Source: Longimicrobiales bacterium
GTDB lineage: Bacteria > Gemmatimonadota > Gemmatimonadetes > Longimicrobiales > Gaopeijiaceae
Length of the DNA: 64,000 nucleotides
Reading direction: 5' to 3'
NCBI GenBank assembly: GCA_965249725.1
Contig: CBDFMQ010000002.1
Span: 1,696,001-1,760,000, forward strand
Each line of letters starts with the position of its first letter. Position 1 is the first letter of the stretch. A program made the translations under genes and the position numbers. Below are positions 39,838 to 50,044 of the stretch, one piece after another. The notes beneath the pieces are model-generated. The model saw only the letters and a program-made list of their open reading frames with translations, was not told the DNA's origin and searched no databases.

Positions 39838-40974
39838 ATGAAATCGGTGCTCGCAGCGATCCGGCGGTGGGAGGACAAGCGACTCGTCGACGGCGATTTG
39901 GCCGTCCGCCTCCGAGCGGAGGTGGAGGAGTCTTCGGCCGCTGGGACCCAACGCCTCTTCCAGTACGTTCTTGCCGCGACCGGCGCCGTGGTCCTCCTCG
40001 TCGCCAGCGGTGTGTTTCTCGATTGGGCGTGGCCTCGTATGACAGAGGCACTCCGCTCCGGGCTTCTAGGTGCCGTGGGCTTCGGCGTCTATTTCGGCGG
40101 TGCGTATCTGGAGGGTCGAAGACGATGGTTGCCGGCGGCCTACCTCATGCAGACCGCCGGCTTGGCCGTGCTCGGCGTGGCGCTCGCCTACTCCGAGAAG
40201 GCCTGGCCGGATATGTCCGCCGGAGGCATCACCATGGGAGTGATCGCGCTCGCCATCCCACTGGTTCTGGGGCCACGCTCCCTCCGCGCCGACAGCCGCA
40301 TGCCGGCCGTGCACCTCGCAGCCGGCCTGATGTTCCTGACCATCTTTCTCCGCCGGGCGACACCCCTCGACGACAGCGGCGTCGTCTGGGTCCTGGACGG
40401 CGTGCTGTTGCTGGTGACGGTGATCGCACTCCGCTTCTTGGCCAAAGACCCAGCCGGATCTCGCCGTCCCTGGGCCCTCGAGGTCTTCGCCATGGCCCTC
40501 TATGCGGGCTTCGTCCTGACGTTCGTCACGGGAGCGATTCCTCTGGATCTCGGCGAGGACACCGTATACCCGGTCGATGCATGGCTCTTCCTGATCGCAT
40601 CAGTCACGGTCTACGGCATCCACTGGGCCCCGGAGGTGATACGAAGGGACTGGTTCGGCGTCCAGCTCGCTCTCTGCCAATTGGTTTGGATCGGCCTGGG
40701 CTTCGCGAGCACCGTCGGGGTGGTGGACGGGCCCCCCGAAGCCGCCCTCTTGGCTGTGAGCGGATCGGGTGTGGCCGGCTTCCTGTACGCCCACCACAAC
40801 CGTACCCGAGAGATTCTCGCGGTCTCGGCACTGTCCTTCGTGAGCGGAGCTTGGTACTGGGGAGTGGAACGGGCCGGGGCATTGGGTGCGGTCGGGGCGT
40901 TGGCGGTCACTGCCGGGCTACTGTTCTGGCTTTCCGGGAAGAGCGCTGACCCCGAACCGGTCGCAGAGGGCTGA
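39838..40974 (+). CDS. DUF2157-like polytopic membrane protein
   Basis: SD GGAGG; IRRWEDKRLVD N-terminal motif, about 10 TMs. Confidence 0.7.
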   Translation: MKSVLAAIRRWEDKRLVDGDLAVRLRAEVEESSAAGTQRLFQYVLAATGAVVLLVASGVFLDWAWPRMTEALRSGLLGAVGFGVYFGGAYLEGRRRWLPAAYLMQTAGLAVLGVALAYSEKAWPDMSAGGITMGVIALAIPLVLGPRSLRADSRMPAVHLAAGLMFLTIFLRRATPLDDSGVVWVLDGVLLLVTVIALRFLAKDPAGSRRPWALEVFAMALYAGFVLTFVTGAIPLDLGEDTVYPVDAWLFLIASVTVYGIHWAPEVIRRDWFGVQLALCQLVWIGLGFASTVGVVDGPPEAALLAVSGSGVAGFLYAHHNRTREILAVSALSFVSGAWYWGVERAGALGAVGALAVTAGLLFWLSGKSADPEPVAEG

Positions 40975-41161
40975 CTCCAAGCCCTGAAGCAAAGTGCCAG
41001 ACGTCACGCAAAACACCCGCGAAACGCGGCTCTAAGGCCCTTCCCGGCCGCTCGACAGCCCTCGGGCCGGGACCTCCAACGTCCAGCGCTGTGGCACACG
41101 AAGCGCCTTTTCGCGTCCAATCGAGGTGAGGCCTGGCACGAGCCTTGACCTGTAACCCGGC

Positions 41162-41656
41162 ATGATCTTCTCTGGATTCTTCGAGGAACGGGTATGCGCC
41201 AGTTGCGGCGACAGCCGCACCCGGGTGACACCCACGTCCGTTCTGTTCCTCGTGCTGTTGGCCGTTGGGGGCTTGGCTGTTCTCACGGAGGCCCACGGTG
41301 TGATCCTCGACCCGCATTGGTGGCATTGGCCGGCCGCGTTCATCGGCGAGATCCTCCTGGCCAGCATCCTGCTCGGGGGCATTCTCGGTGTGCGCAACGC
41401 GCTGGCACCCCTGCCCGACGCCTGTCCACGCTGCTCCGAGATCATGATCTCGACCTCCAGGGGCTTCTTCGATTTCGCCGTCATGCCGAGTCGGGCCGAG
41501 TTGATGCTCTTGGTGGTATTCGTCGGCCTGCATGTCGCGTTTCTGGCTTGGCTGAACCCCGGCGAAGGCATGGCCACCAGCAGCCTTTGGACCATCCTCC
41601 CGTTCTTCTGGACCCCTCCCCGCGACGCACCTCTACTGTCCCCGGAGAACTGGTAA
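41162..41656 (+). CDS. Hypothetical membrane protein with two CxxC motifs
   Basis: CASC and CPRC flanking TM hairpins. Confidence 0.55.
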   Translation: MIFSGFFEERVCASCGDSRTRVTPTSVLFLVLLAVGGLAVLTEAHGVILDPHWWHWPAAFIGEILLASILLGGILGVRNALAPLPDACPRCSEIMISTSRGFFDFAVMPSRAELMLLVVFVGLHVAFLAWLNPGEGMATSSLWTILPFFWTPPRDAPLLSPENW

Positions 41657-41752
41657 CCCGGCTTCCCGGCCTCTATCTTGGGCGGTTCAGGATCACGGCA
41701 GTCCCCGCTTGTCGACTGCTCTCGTCAGTCTCAACAAATGAGGAGGCCTTTC

Positions 41753-43777
41753 ATGCTCATCCGAGGCCGCGCGTCCGTACTGCTCGCCGTTCTGTTCCTC
41801 CTGCCTGCCGCCTCGAGCGCACAGGCCCCCGAGGGTACTCTCAGCCTGGAGACCTACCTCGATTGGGAGTGGGTGAGCGGCGCCCAGATATCTCCCGACG
41901 GAGGCCAGGTCCTCTATACCCGGGGTTGGGTGGACAAGATGGAGGACCGGAGACGTTCGTCGGTCTGGATCATGAACGCCGACGGGTCGCGGAATCGCTT
42001 CCTCGTGGACGGCTCGGGCCCGAGGTGGTCACCGGACGGCTCTCGCATCGTCTTCACCGACGAGGATGACGCCGGTGACACGCAGGTATTTGTCCGTTGG
42101 ATGGACGCCGAGGGTGCCACGAGTCAGGTCACCCGCGTCGAGGAATCTCCGGGCAACCTCAGGTGGTCGCCGAACGGGATGGAGATCGCCTTCACCATGA
42201 CGGTCGAGTCCCCAGCCAGCGAGTGGAGTGTGGATCTCCCCGATCGTCCAGAGGGAGCCGAGTGGACGGACAGCCCGAAGGTGGTCGACCGGCTGCAGTA
42301 CCGGCGCGATCGCCGAGGGTACATCGACGAGGGCTACACACACGTGTTCGTAGTCCCCGCCGAGGGCGGCACGCCTCGTCAGCTGACGGACGGAGACTGG
42401 AACCACAGCGCGGTTGAGTGGATGCCTGACGGATACAGTCTGGTATTCAGCTCACTACGGGTGGAGAAGTCCGAGTACATCTGGCGAGAGTCCGAGATCT
42501 ATGAAGTGGACATCAATACCGGCACGATCAGTCAGCTCACCTCTCGATACGGGCCCGACCAGAGCCCGGTTCCGTCACCAGACGGCCGTCTCATCGCCTA
42601 CCAGGGTCTGGACTACCACGAGGATACGTACCGCGAGAATGGCCTCTACGTGATGAACGCCGACGGTTCCGGCCCGCGTCTTCTGGCGGAGGAGCTCGGC
42701 CGAGGCCTCGGCAACGTGACCTGGGCCCCCGACGGGAGTGGTGTCTACTTCAACTCGAGCATGCGCGGGACGGCCAATGTCTGGTTCGCGCCCCTCAACG
42801 GAGAGCCGCGCGCAGTGACGACCGGAACGCACATGCTCTCCATGTCGTCCATCGCCGCGAACGGGACGGCAGTCGGCACGCTGAGCAGCTATCAGCGCCC
42901 GCCGGATGTCGTGAGCTTCGATCTGGACGACGCGACGGCCAAGCATCGTATCACCAAGGTGAACCAGGACGTCCTCGCCGGCGTCACGCTCGGGGATGTG
43001 GAAGAGATCTGGTACAAATCAGTGGGTGATTACGACATCCAGGGGTGGATCATCAAACCGCCCGACTTCGATCCGTCCCGGAAATACCCGCTGATGCTCT
43101 CCATCCACGGAGGGCCCCACGGTATGTACAACGCTGGATTCAACTTCGGTTGGCAGAACCACGCGGCGAATGGATACGTGGTCCTGTACACCAACCCGAG
43201 AGGAAGCTCTGGATACGGGAGCGCGTTCGGGAACGCGATCAAGAACGCCTACCCGGGCCAAGACTTCGACGACCTCATGGCCGGCGTGGACGAGGTCATC
43301 GCGAAGGGGTACGTCGACGAAGACAACATGTTCGTGTACGGTTGCTCCGGCGGCGGCGTCCTGACGTCGTGGGTCGTGGGTCACACCGACCGGTTCGCTG
43401 CCGCTTCGGCGAATTGTCCCGTCACGAATTGGCTGTCGTTCGTCGGCACGACCGACGGAGCGAGCTGGTACCGCAACTTCGCGGAGTACCCCTGGGACGA
43501 TCCGTCCGAGCACCTGCGGCGTTCACCGCTCATGTATGTGGGTAACGTGACGACGCCCACCATGCTCATGACGGGCGAAGGCGATCTCCGGACGCCCATG
43601 CCTCAGACCGAGGAGTTCTATCAGGCTCTTCGCGTTCTCGACGTTCCAACGCTGATGGTCCGGTACAAGAACGAGTGGCACGGAACGAGCTCGACGCCGT
43701 CGAACTTCCTCCGCACACAGCTCTTCTTGAGGAAGTGGTTCCAGAAATGGGAGCGGCCGAGAGCAGTGACGCAGTAG
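41753..43777 (+). CDS. S9 family peptidase (acylaminoacyl-peptidase-like)
   Basis: SD AGGAGG, WSPDG repeats, HGGPH, GCSGGG, GEGDLRTP. Confidence 0.92.
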   Translation: MLIRGRASVLLAVLFLLPAASSAQAPEGTLSLETYLDWEWVSGAQISPDGGQVLYTRGWVDKMEDRRRSSVWIMNADGSRNRFLVDGSGPRWSPDGSRIVFTDEDDAGDTQVFVRWMDAEGATSQVTRVEESPGNLRWSPNGMEIAFTMTVESPASEWSVDLPDRPEGAEWTDSPKVVDRLQYRRDRRGYIDEGYTHVFVVPAEGGTPRQLTDGDWNHSAVEWMPDGYSLVFSSLRVEKSEYIWRESEIYEVDINTGTISQLTSRYGPDQSPVPSPDGRLIAYQGLDYHEDTYRENGLYVMNADGSGPRLLAEELGRGLGNVTWAPDGSGVYFNSSMRGTANVWFAPLNGEPRAVTTGTHMLSMSSIAANGTAVGTLSSYQRPPDVVSFDLDDATAKHRITKVNQDVLAGVTLGDVEEIWYKSVGDYDIQGWIIKPPDFDPSRKYPLMLSIHGGPHGMYNAGFNFGWQNHAANGYVVLYTNPRGSSGYGSAFGNAIKNAYPGQDFDDLMAGVDEVIAKGYVDEDNMFVYGCSGGGVLTSWVVGHTDRFAAASANCPVTNWLSFVGTTDGASWYRNFAEYPWDDPSEHLRRSPLMYVGNVTTPTMLMTGEGDLRTPMPQTEEFYQALRVLDVPTLMVRYKNEWHGTSSTPSNFLRTQLFLRKWFQKWERPRAVTQ

Positions 43778-43791
43778 CGGTGACGCAGTAG
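43766..43791. repeat. Tandem duplication of the gene end GTGACGCAGTAG (14-bp period)
   Basis: Copies at 43766-43777 and 43780-43791. Confidence 0.8.
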
Positions 43792-43849
43792 GCGGCGCGA
43801 GCGCCGTCGCGGCCGACACAACGGCCATCGATCGGCCCTGCATCGGCCC

Positions 43850-43885
43850 TCCACCGGTTCGTCCACCGGTTCGTCCACCGGTTCC
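43850..43885. repeat. 12-bp tandem repeat TCCACCGGTTCG x3
   Basis: Units at 43850, 43862, 43874. Confidence 0.85.
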
Positions 43886-43918
43886 TCCGGGGGAGGGCCG
43901 ATTCACGGCCCCCAACGA

Positions 43919-45442
43919 CTAGGCCGCATTCGAGGCCGACGCCGTGTCCTCCATTGCCTTGAGCGCCGCGGCGACGACCAGCCAGGGAATGTCGACCTCG
44001 CGCTTGTAGTGGGCCGCACCGGTCGAGTAGTCGGGCTCGATGCCTGGGGTCCGGTTCTGCTCGACGAGCCTCTCAACGGGCTCGGGCGGGAGCGGCGGGG
44101 GCGGGGGCGGCCGGTCCGGGATCATCCGCATCTTCGGATCGAGGAAGTAGAGCCGATCCCCCCGAGGGAGGTGCACGGTGTACCCTTCCTCGTGAACCAA
44201 CCGATGATGAAGCCGGCACAGAAGCACCAGGTTCTCGAGCTTGGTCTCACCGCCGTCGGCCCAATGCCTGATGTGATGAGCGTCGGTGAAACGGAGTCCA
44301 CAGCCCGGAAAACGGCATCCTCGGTCGCGGGACTCCAGCGCTCGCCTGAGTGACGGCGGGATCGTACGGGTCTTGCGGCCTACGTCGAGGATCGAGCTGT
44401 CGGGTGACTCGGTGAGCCGCACCACGCTCGCATCGCACGAGAGCCTCCGGGACGTTTCCGCGGAAACGCGTGTGCCGTCCTCGAGGTCCGAGCGTCCGGG
44501 CTCTGCGTCGCTCCGCAGCGTAGACGACTCGACGTGTAGGACGACTTGGTAGCGCTCCGCGCGGGTTCCGCTGAGGGGGGCGACCCGGGCGTCGGCGTCA
44601 CCGACGGCCGCGCCCTTCCCGAGCCCGTCCTCCGCCTCCTGCTCCGCCCCGAACCCGGCCGCCAGCGCCTGCTCGGCCAGCAACCCCACTGCATCCGCCC
44701 GCCGCTGTTTCGGCTCGATGCTCGCAGAGAGGTCCTTTGAGGCGTCCGACGAGGCGCTCGCCCCATACAGCGCGTCGCCCGCCGCGTCCACCGCCCGCAT
44801 GAGCATGGTCCCGACCTCCGGATCCAACCGCCCGCGCACCAGATACATGCCCTCCTCGTCGGGGAAGACCGAGAAGCAGCGCGAGCGGTGCCGCATCCGT
44901 TCGAGCTCGGCCTCATCGTGCCGGCTCAGACGACGCCACGCCCGTACCACCCGCTCCAACTGGGCGGCCGTGCAGGAGTGGGCCAGCTCGAGCAGCTCGC
45001 CCTCACTCTCAGGAGTGGCCACGCGCGTGAGCGCCCGCACCTTGGCGAACGAAAGCTCGCCCTGGGCCATGGACGCGCTGATCCGGGGAAGATCCACAAG
45101 CGCTCGGGAGGCGCGCACCCTCTCGCGGGCGGCCCCCAGATCGATGCCGGTGCGGAAAGCGAGCCAGTGGGCGCAGGACCTGTGGCCGCCGGGCTCCCAC
45201 CCGCGGAGCCGGTCGAACTCGGCGATCAGGGTGAGGAGCCGCTGCTCGGCGGCGTGGATATGCGCCGAGAGGGTGGCGATCTCGTCGCCCAGATCCTGGA
45301 GCGCGTCGAGGTGGTCGTCAGACCGATCAGGTGTGCGGTCGCCGGCCTCGAACAGGCTGGAACGGGCCGCCTCAGGTGCCGATTCATCGGACTTGGTGGG
45401 AGCGTACGGGAATTCTGCAACTGCGAGCTTGGCGGGACGCAT
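43919..45442 (-). CDS. DUF222 (13E12-like) HNH endonuclease
   Basis: GHRSCAHWL, RDRGCRFPGC, DAHHIRHWADGGETKLENLVLLCRLHHRLVH. Confidence 0.9.
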   Translation of the reverse strand: MRPAKLAVAEFPYAPTKSDESAPEAARSSLFEAGDRTPDRSDDHLDALQDLGDEIATLSAHIHAAEQRLLTLIAEFDRLRGWEPGGHRSCAHWLAFRTGIDLGAARERVRASRALVDLPRISASMAQGELSFAKVRALTRVATPESEGELLELAHSCTAAQLERVVRAWRRLSRHDEAELERMRHRSRCFSVFPDEEGMYLVRGRLDPEVGTMLMRAVDAAGDALYGASASSDASKDLSASIEPKQRRADAVGLLAEQALAAGFGAEQEAEDGLGKGAAVGDADARVAPLSGTRAERYQVVLHVESSTLRSDAEPGRSDLEDGTRVSAETSRRLSCDASVVRLTESPDSSILDVGRKTRTIPPSLRRALESRDRGCRFPGCGLRFTDAHHIRHWADGGETKLENLVLLCRLHHRLVHEEGYTVHLPRGDRLYFLDPKMRMIPDRPPPPPPLPPEPVERLVEQNRTPGIEPDYSTGAAHYKREVDIPWLVVAAALKAMEDTASASNAA

Positions 45443-45742
45443 TGAAATTTCTCATCTGTAAGAGCAGTAAAGACTTACAGTGAAATATAACGGGCGTATT
45501 TCGGGCCTCTCCGTGACCCCTGGAAGCCACGAGGAGGGGCTTCCAGGCCAAAGGCGTCGAGCCGACGGCGTAGGGTGCCTTCAGGGATACGCGGAGGCCG
45601 CCAATGCGCTGATTCAGGGATACTCCGGCATCGACGGCATCGGCCTTCCGAAAAAGTCGTCCATAGCTGGATGGGACCGAACGCGGAAGGACCGCTGGAC
45701 CCGACCGGGTCAGACCGGCCGCCCGTCCGTGGGCCGGTCTCA

Positions 45743-45819
45743 CTTCGGTCCGTCCGCCCCTATTCGGTCCGTCCGTCCCAACTCCGTCCGTCCGTCCCAA
45801 CTCCGTCCGTCCGTCCCTA
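45743..45819. repeat. 19-bp tandem repeat ACTCCGTCCGTCCGTCCCA x4 (diverged)
   Basis: Units at 45743, 45762, 45781, 45800; ends in the stop codon of the DUF5916 gene. Confidence 0.85.
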
Positions 45820-47991
45820 GAACGCCTTCAGGTAGGTCAGCTTGACCACCCCGGTCCGCTGCAGCCATCGCGTCTCCCGAGGGTCCAACAGGTCGCCCAT
45901 CTGATAGCCGGTGTTCAGGACGATGAACAGGTCGCTCCCCGGGGTGTGGATCCAGTCCACCCTGAAGTTCGCCTGCAGCTTCTTCGACACGTCGTCCCAC
46001 TGTACCAACGCGTTCGCGAAAAGCTTGCGGGACACCGCACCGACGGCGTTCAGGCCGACCACGGTCGTCGAGAACCGACCATCGTCCACCGGCAAATCGA
46101 TCCTATTGCGGCTGAAGGACGGGGTGACGGTCAGGTGGGGCCCCGTCTTCCAGGAACCGGAAAGGCTGTAGTCGGTCCTCGTCCCGTTCCAGAAATCGCC
46201 CACCCGGAGGCTGGCCCTCCCCTGGAACGTTCGACTCGAGTTCGTGGTGATCGAACCGTCCACATAGGTGAAATCGTAGTCGCCCGCAGCGAGCTGGCGA
46301 CCCTGGATAGAGGCGGGATCGACAAGCCCTTCGAACTGCCGGCGGACGTTGAACGTCAGGCGCTCACCGCTCTCGAGCGTGAACATGTTGTGGAAGAGCT
46401 TCACCGTGCTCTGCTTCACCCCGTCCTGCCCGTCGATCCGCTCGACACTGACGGCTGAAACCAGGGATCGGGCCCAGGAGCTGCTCTCGAATGCGGGGGT
46501 CCACGCGGCGTTGCCTCCGTACTGAACCATGTCGCGTCGTCGCACGAAACCCAGCGCCGGCCCGAAGTCCGCCTCCACGCTCTTGAACTTCCCACCCATC
46601 ACCCACGATCGCTGCGGCCGGATGTCGAGCTTGATGCTCCCAGCAGCCGACGACCCGACTTCAGAGTCTCTCACGTTGGCATACCAACCGGTAAACGCGC
46701 TGCCTCCCCAGAACCGGACTTGGGCGTCCGCTCCGATCACCCGATTGTGACCCTCACCGTTCTGGAGGTTCGTGAAGATGCCGCCCACGGTGGTGCGAGG
46801 GAGGACGTCCCCCCGAAGGCGGAGGACCGAGTTGTTGGCCCCGCGCACCAGGTCCCCACCCGACCCCGCATCGTCGGTCTGGAGGCTCAACATCCCCACG
46901 GAGAGCCGCCCCATTTGGCCCGTGACCCGGCCCCCTCCGATGATCCCATTGGAGAGCCCGATCCTGCGGCTGAAGAAGATCTCCGTGTCCCGATTGTCGC
47001 CGAATGAGAACAGCCCGGACCGCTCCAGGAAGAACTCCCGCTTCTCCGGAAAGAAGAGGCTGAAGCGCGTGAGGTTCACCTGAACATTGTCGGCCTCGAC
47101 CTGAGCGAAGTCGGTGTTCCAGGTGAGATCCGCAGTCAGGTTCGAGGTGATGGCGTACTTGAGGTCGACTCCGATGTCGTCGAGAACGTCCGTGTCGCTA
47201 TCCCCTTCGAGCTTCTGGACCCCGGCGATCACGAAAGGCTTGAGCTCCATGTAGCGCCCCTGCGGCAGGTCCTGAAGGCCGGTGAGGGTGGCCCACTGGG
47301 AGATCTGTCGGAAGCCGCTCCGGAACCGGGCTGGAATGTGCGGCCAGAAGACCTCCTCGCTTTTCCTGCGAATATTGCGCCGGAAAGCCACGCCCATCCG
47401 GGGTGCGTCTTGGGACGAGAAGCGGATGGAGGTGAACGGGATCGCCACCTCGAGTACCCAACCCTCATCGGTGATGCGCGCCTGGCTCTGGTAGACTCCC
47501 TCCCAGTCCCAGTTCTCGGAGCTCTCGTCGGTGATGAGCGCGTCGGCCTGGGTACCGAAGGCATTCAATTCGAACAGGTAGCCGTTGCGGCGGTCGTGGT
47601 ACGTGTCCAGGCCGATCCAGACGTTGTCGTCCTCCCTGATGCGCCCCTCTCGAACGAGAATGCTGCTACGGATCAGATGAGGCTCCGAGTCGTAGAGCTT
47701 CAGGCCGAAGTAGATGGCTCTTTGGTCGTAGGCGATCCGGACCTCGGTCCGTTCGGATGGCTCACCCCCATCGACCGGAACCCGCTGTCGAAACTCGCTG
47801 ATGGCCGGGATAGACTCCCAAAAGGCTTCGTCCATCACGCCATCGATGTCCGGCGGCTCGGCCACAGGGACGGCAACCGCGGAGAGCGACGCGCCGGCCG
47901 GAGGGTCCGGGGCCTTCTTCTGGCCCAGTACACCGGCAGGGGTCGTCAGAATAGCCGAAAGGAGTACGAGCCCTCCACTACCCAACCGCAT
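45817..47991 (-). CDS. CBM9-like + DUF5916 outer-membrane protein (start uncertain)
   Basis: PPDIDGVMDE, ERTEVRIAYD, NTDFAQVEAD, RFSLFFPEKREFFLE, FFSRRIGL. Confidence 0.85.
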   Translation of the reverse strand: MRLGSGGLVLLSAILTTPAGVLGQKKAPDPPAGASLSAVAVPVAEPPDIDGVMDEAFWESIPAISEFRQRVPVDGGEPSERTEVRIAYDQRAIYFGLKLYDSEPHLIRSSILVREGRIREDDNVWIGLDTYHDRRNGYLFELNAFGTQADALITDESSENWDWEGVYQSQARITDEGWVLEVAIPFTSIRFSSQDAPRMGVAFRRNIRRKSEEVFWPHIPARFRSGFRQISQWATLTGLQDLPQGRYMELKPFVIAGVQKLEGDSDTDVLDDIGVDLKYAITSNLTADLTWNTDFAQVEADNVQVNLTRFSLFFPEKREFFLERSGLFSFGDNRDTEIFFSRRIGLSNGIIGGGRVTGQMGRLSVGMLSLQTDDAGSGGDLVRGANNSVLRLRGDVLPRTTVGGIFTNLQNGEGHNRVIGADAQVRFWGGSAFTGWYANVRDSEVGSSAAGSIKLDIRPQRSWVMGGKFKSVEADFGPALGFVRRRDMVQYGGNAAWTPAFESSSWARSLVSAVSVERIDGQDGVKQSTVKLFHNMFTLESGERLTFNVRRQFEGLVDPASIQGRQLAAGDYDFTYVDGSITTNSSRTFQGRASLRVGDFWNGTRTDYSLSGSWKTGPHLTVTPSFSRNRIDLPVDDGRFSTTVVGLNAVGAVSRKLFANALVQWDDVSKKLQANFRVDWIHTPGSDLFIVLNTGYQMGDLLDPRETRWLQRTGVVKLTYLKAF

Positions 47992-48251
47992 CGTCGGCAA
48001 TCGCCTGTCCTCGGTAATCGGTCGTCCTCCCATGGGACTCAACTAGAAACGCCCCCGCTAACTCACGCGATCGAGTCGTGAACAGGCGGAGGCGACCTGC
48101 CTTGAAGATAATGCTCCGTCAGGAGGCACCAAGTGGCAGCATCGGGCTTTCGCCCTTGGTGCCCGGACATATCTTGCACCGGAGAGGCGGCCCCGGCCGC
48201 CTCCGAGGATTCGATGGGGCAGCACGGGCTAGAAGGAGCAGGTGTGGACTG

Positions 48252-49970
48252 ATGGGACCGACGAATAGCAGAGTTCGACGAGGTGCCTCGTGGCGGCCCA
48301 GCCTGCGGGCCTTCGTCGGATCGTGCGCAGCACTCGTGCTCCTGGCGAATGCCGCCTGCGAGGTGGAGAGACCGGATTCGGGAGCCGATCCGATCGAGGC
48401 CGCCCTGGCAGCGATCGAGCCCGGTGCGCTCCGCACGCATGTAGAATTCCTCGCCGACGACCGCTTGGCCGGTCGACGGACCGGCACCCACGGGTATGAA
48501 TTGGCCGCCGACCACGTCGGTGAGCAGTTCGCGGGGATCGGTCTGCGCCCCGCGGGGGACGACGGGTCCTACCTCGGTCGGGTGCGGCTCAGGCGCGCGT
48601 CGGCCCTCGTCGACGAGTCATCCATGTCGGTGATTCTCGACGGTGGGGTCGAGCAGCTCACATCAGGCATCGACTACGTCGCCGGGGCACGCATCGATCA
48701 GGAACAGGGCACCACCGAGGCGCCAGCGGTCTTCGTGGGCTTCGGCGTGAGCGCGCCGGGCCTGGGATACGACGACTATGAGGGGGTCGACGCCCGCGGC
48801 AAATTCGTAGTCGTCCTGAGGGGAGCGCCGGCGAGTCTCGCAAGCGACGCATCGGCGCACTATTCGTCCGGCCGGATGAAGAGCCGGACCGCTGCCGAGC
48901 AGGGGGCAGTGGGCATGATCACCGTGCTCCCGCCCACGGAGGGAAGACGGGGCTCATGGGAGTCGGCGGTCGCTTCCGCAGGCCGCGGGAGCATGCAGTG
49001 GCTCGGCCCCGACGGGAGCCCCCCCGGTGGCGCCGCGCTCGCCACGGCGAGCATGAGCGTCGCGGGGGCTGAGAAGCTCTTCTCCGGCGCCCAAAGGACC
49101 CTCGCCGACGTGCTGGCGGACCCCGGCCTCAACGCATCGGGGTGGTTCGATCTTCGGGCCACGGTGCGCATATCGAGTCGCAGTCTGCACAGCGACCTGG
49201 AGGGGTTCAACGTCCTCGGCGTGCTTCCCGGCTCGGATCCCGATTTGGCAGACGAGTATATCGTGGTCACGGCGCATCTCGACCACGTGGGAATCGGACG
49301 CGCACAGAACGGTGACTCGATCTACAACGGCGCCGCGGACAATGCGGCCGGGGTCGGGTCGCTCATCGAAGTGGCCCGCGCGTTGGCCGGCCTTCCGACT
49401 GCACCCCGACGTACGTTCCTCTTCGTGGCCACGACTGCAGAAGAGGAGGGGCTGCTGGGCGCCCGGTATCTGGCCGCGAATCCCATCGAGTCACTCGGCA
49501 CCTTGATCGCAAACATCAATATGGACGGCAACCTGATGCTCTACCCCATGGCGAACATCATCGCCGTGGGAGGGGAGCACACCAGCCTGGGCGCGGTGGC
49601 AGAGGCGGCAGCGATCCGTGTTGGGCTACGGGTCCAGCCGGATCCGATGCCGGAGCAGAACCTGTTCATCCGGAGCGATCACTACGCCTTCGTCCTCCAG
49701 GGGACGCCTGCTGTGGCTCTGATGACGGGAATGACCAGTTCTGATCCGAGTGTCGACGGCCCGGCGGTGATGAACGAGTGGATCGCCACGACACTCCACA
49801 GACCCAACGACGACGCGAACCAGCCGTTCGACTATGAGTCGGGGGCCGACTATGTGCGGACGGTCTTTCTGATCGCGGAGCACGTGGGTAACGCAGATTC
49901 CCGTCCTCACTGGATCGAGGGCGATTTCTTCGGCGAGACGTTTGGGCGCGGGGGCTGGGGAGCCCCCTGA
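48252..49970 (+). CDS. M28 family peptidase with PA domain (start uncertain)
   Basis: TAHLDHVG, NGAADNAAG, TAEEEGLLG, NINMD, RSDHY. Confidence 0.9.
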   Translation: MGPTNSRVRRGASWRPSLRAFVGSCAALVLLANAACEVERPDSGADPIEAALAAIEPGALRTHVEFLADDRLAGRRTGTHGYELAADHVGEQFAGIGLRPAGDDGSYLGRVRLRRASALVDESSMSVILDGGVEQLTSGIDYVAGARIDQEQGTTEAPAVFVGFGVSAPGLGYDDYEGVDARGKFVVVLRGAPASLASDASAHYSSGRMKSRTAAEQGAVGMITVLPPTEGRRGSWESAVASAGRGSMQWLGPDGSPPGGAALATASMSVAGAEKLFSGAQRTLADVLADPGLNASGWFDLRATVRISSRSLHSDLEGFNVLGVLPGSDPDLADEYIVVTAHLDHVGIGRAQNGDSIYNGAADNAAGVGSLIEVARALAGLPTAPRRTFLFVATTAEEEGLLGARYLAANPIESLGTLIANINMDGNLMLYPMANIIAVGGEHTSLGAVAEAAAIRVGLRVQPDPMPEQNLFIRSDHYAFVLQGTPAVALMTGMTSSDPSVDGPAVMNEWIATTLHRPNDDANQPFDYESGADYVRTVFLIAEHVGNADSRPHWIEGDFFGETFGRGGWGAP

Positions 49971-50044
49971 GGGGATCTCCCTGTGGGACTAGCGGGGCGT
50001 CGTCCGACTAGACACTTTGCCGCCTTCCTCCAACCTTCAGATCC

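Noticed and set aside
43766..43791. Target-site duplication for the HNH cassette
   Set aside because: Both copies are adjacent on one side; no match seen at the other flank
45743..45819. Possible CRISPR array (also 9338-9378, 23835-23877, 43850-43885)
   Set aside because: Contiguous tandem units without unique spacers; no cas genes
45480..45845. 121-aa plus-strand ORF with SVRP repeats
   Set aside because: Translation of the 19-bp DNA repeat and non-coding leader; no coding signal
48125..48163. Hairpin GGCACCAAG/CTTGGTGCC as a riboswitch or sRNA
   Set aside because: Single stem in GC-rich DNA with no recognisable conserved motif
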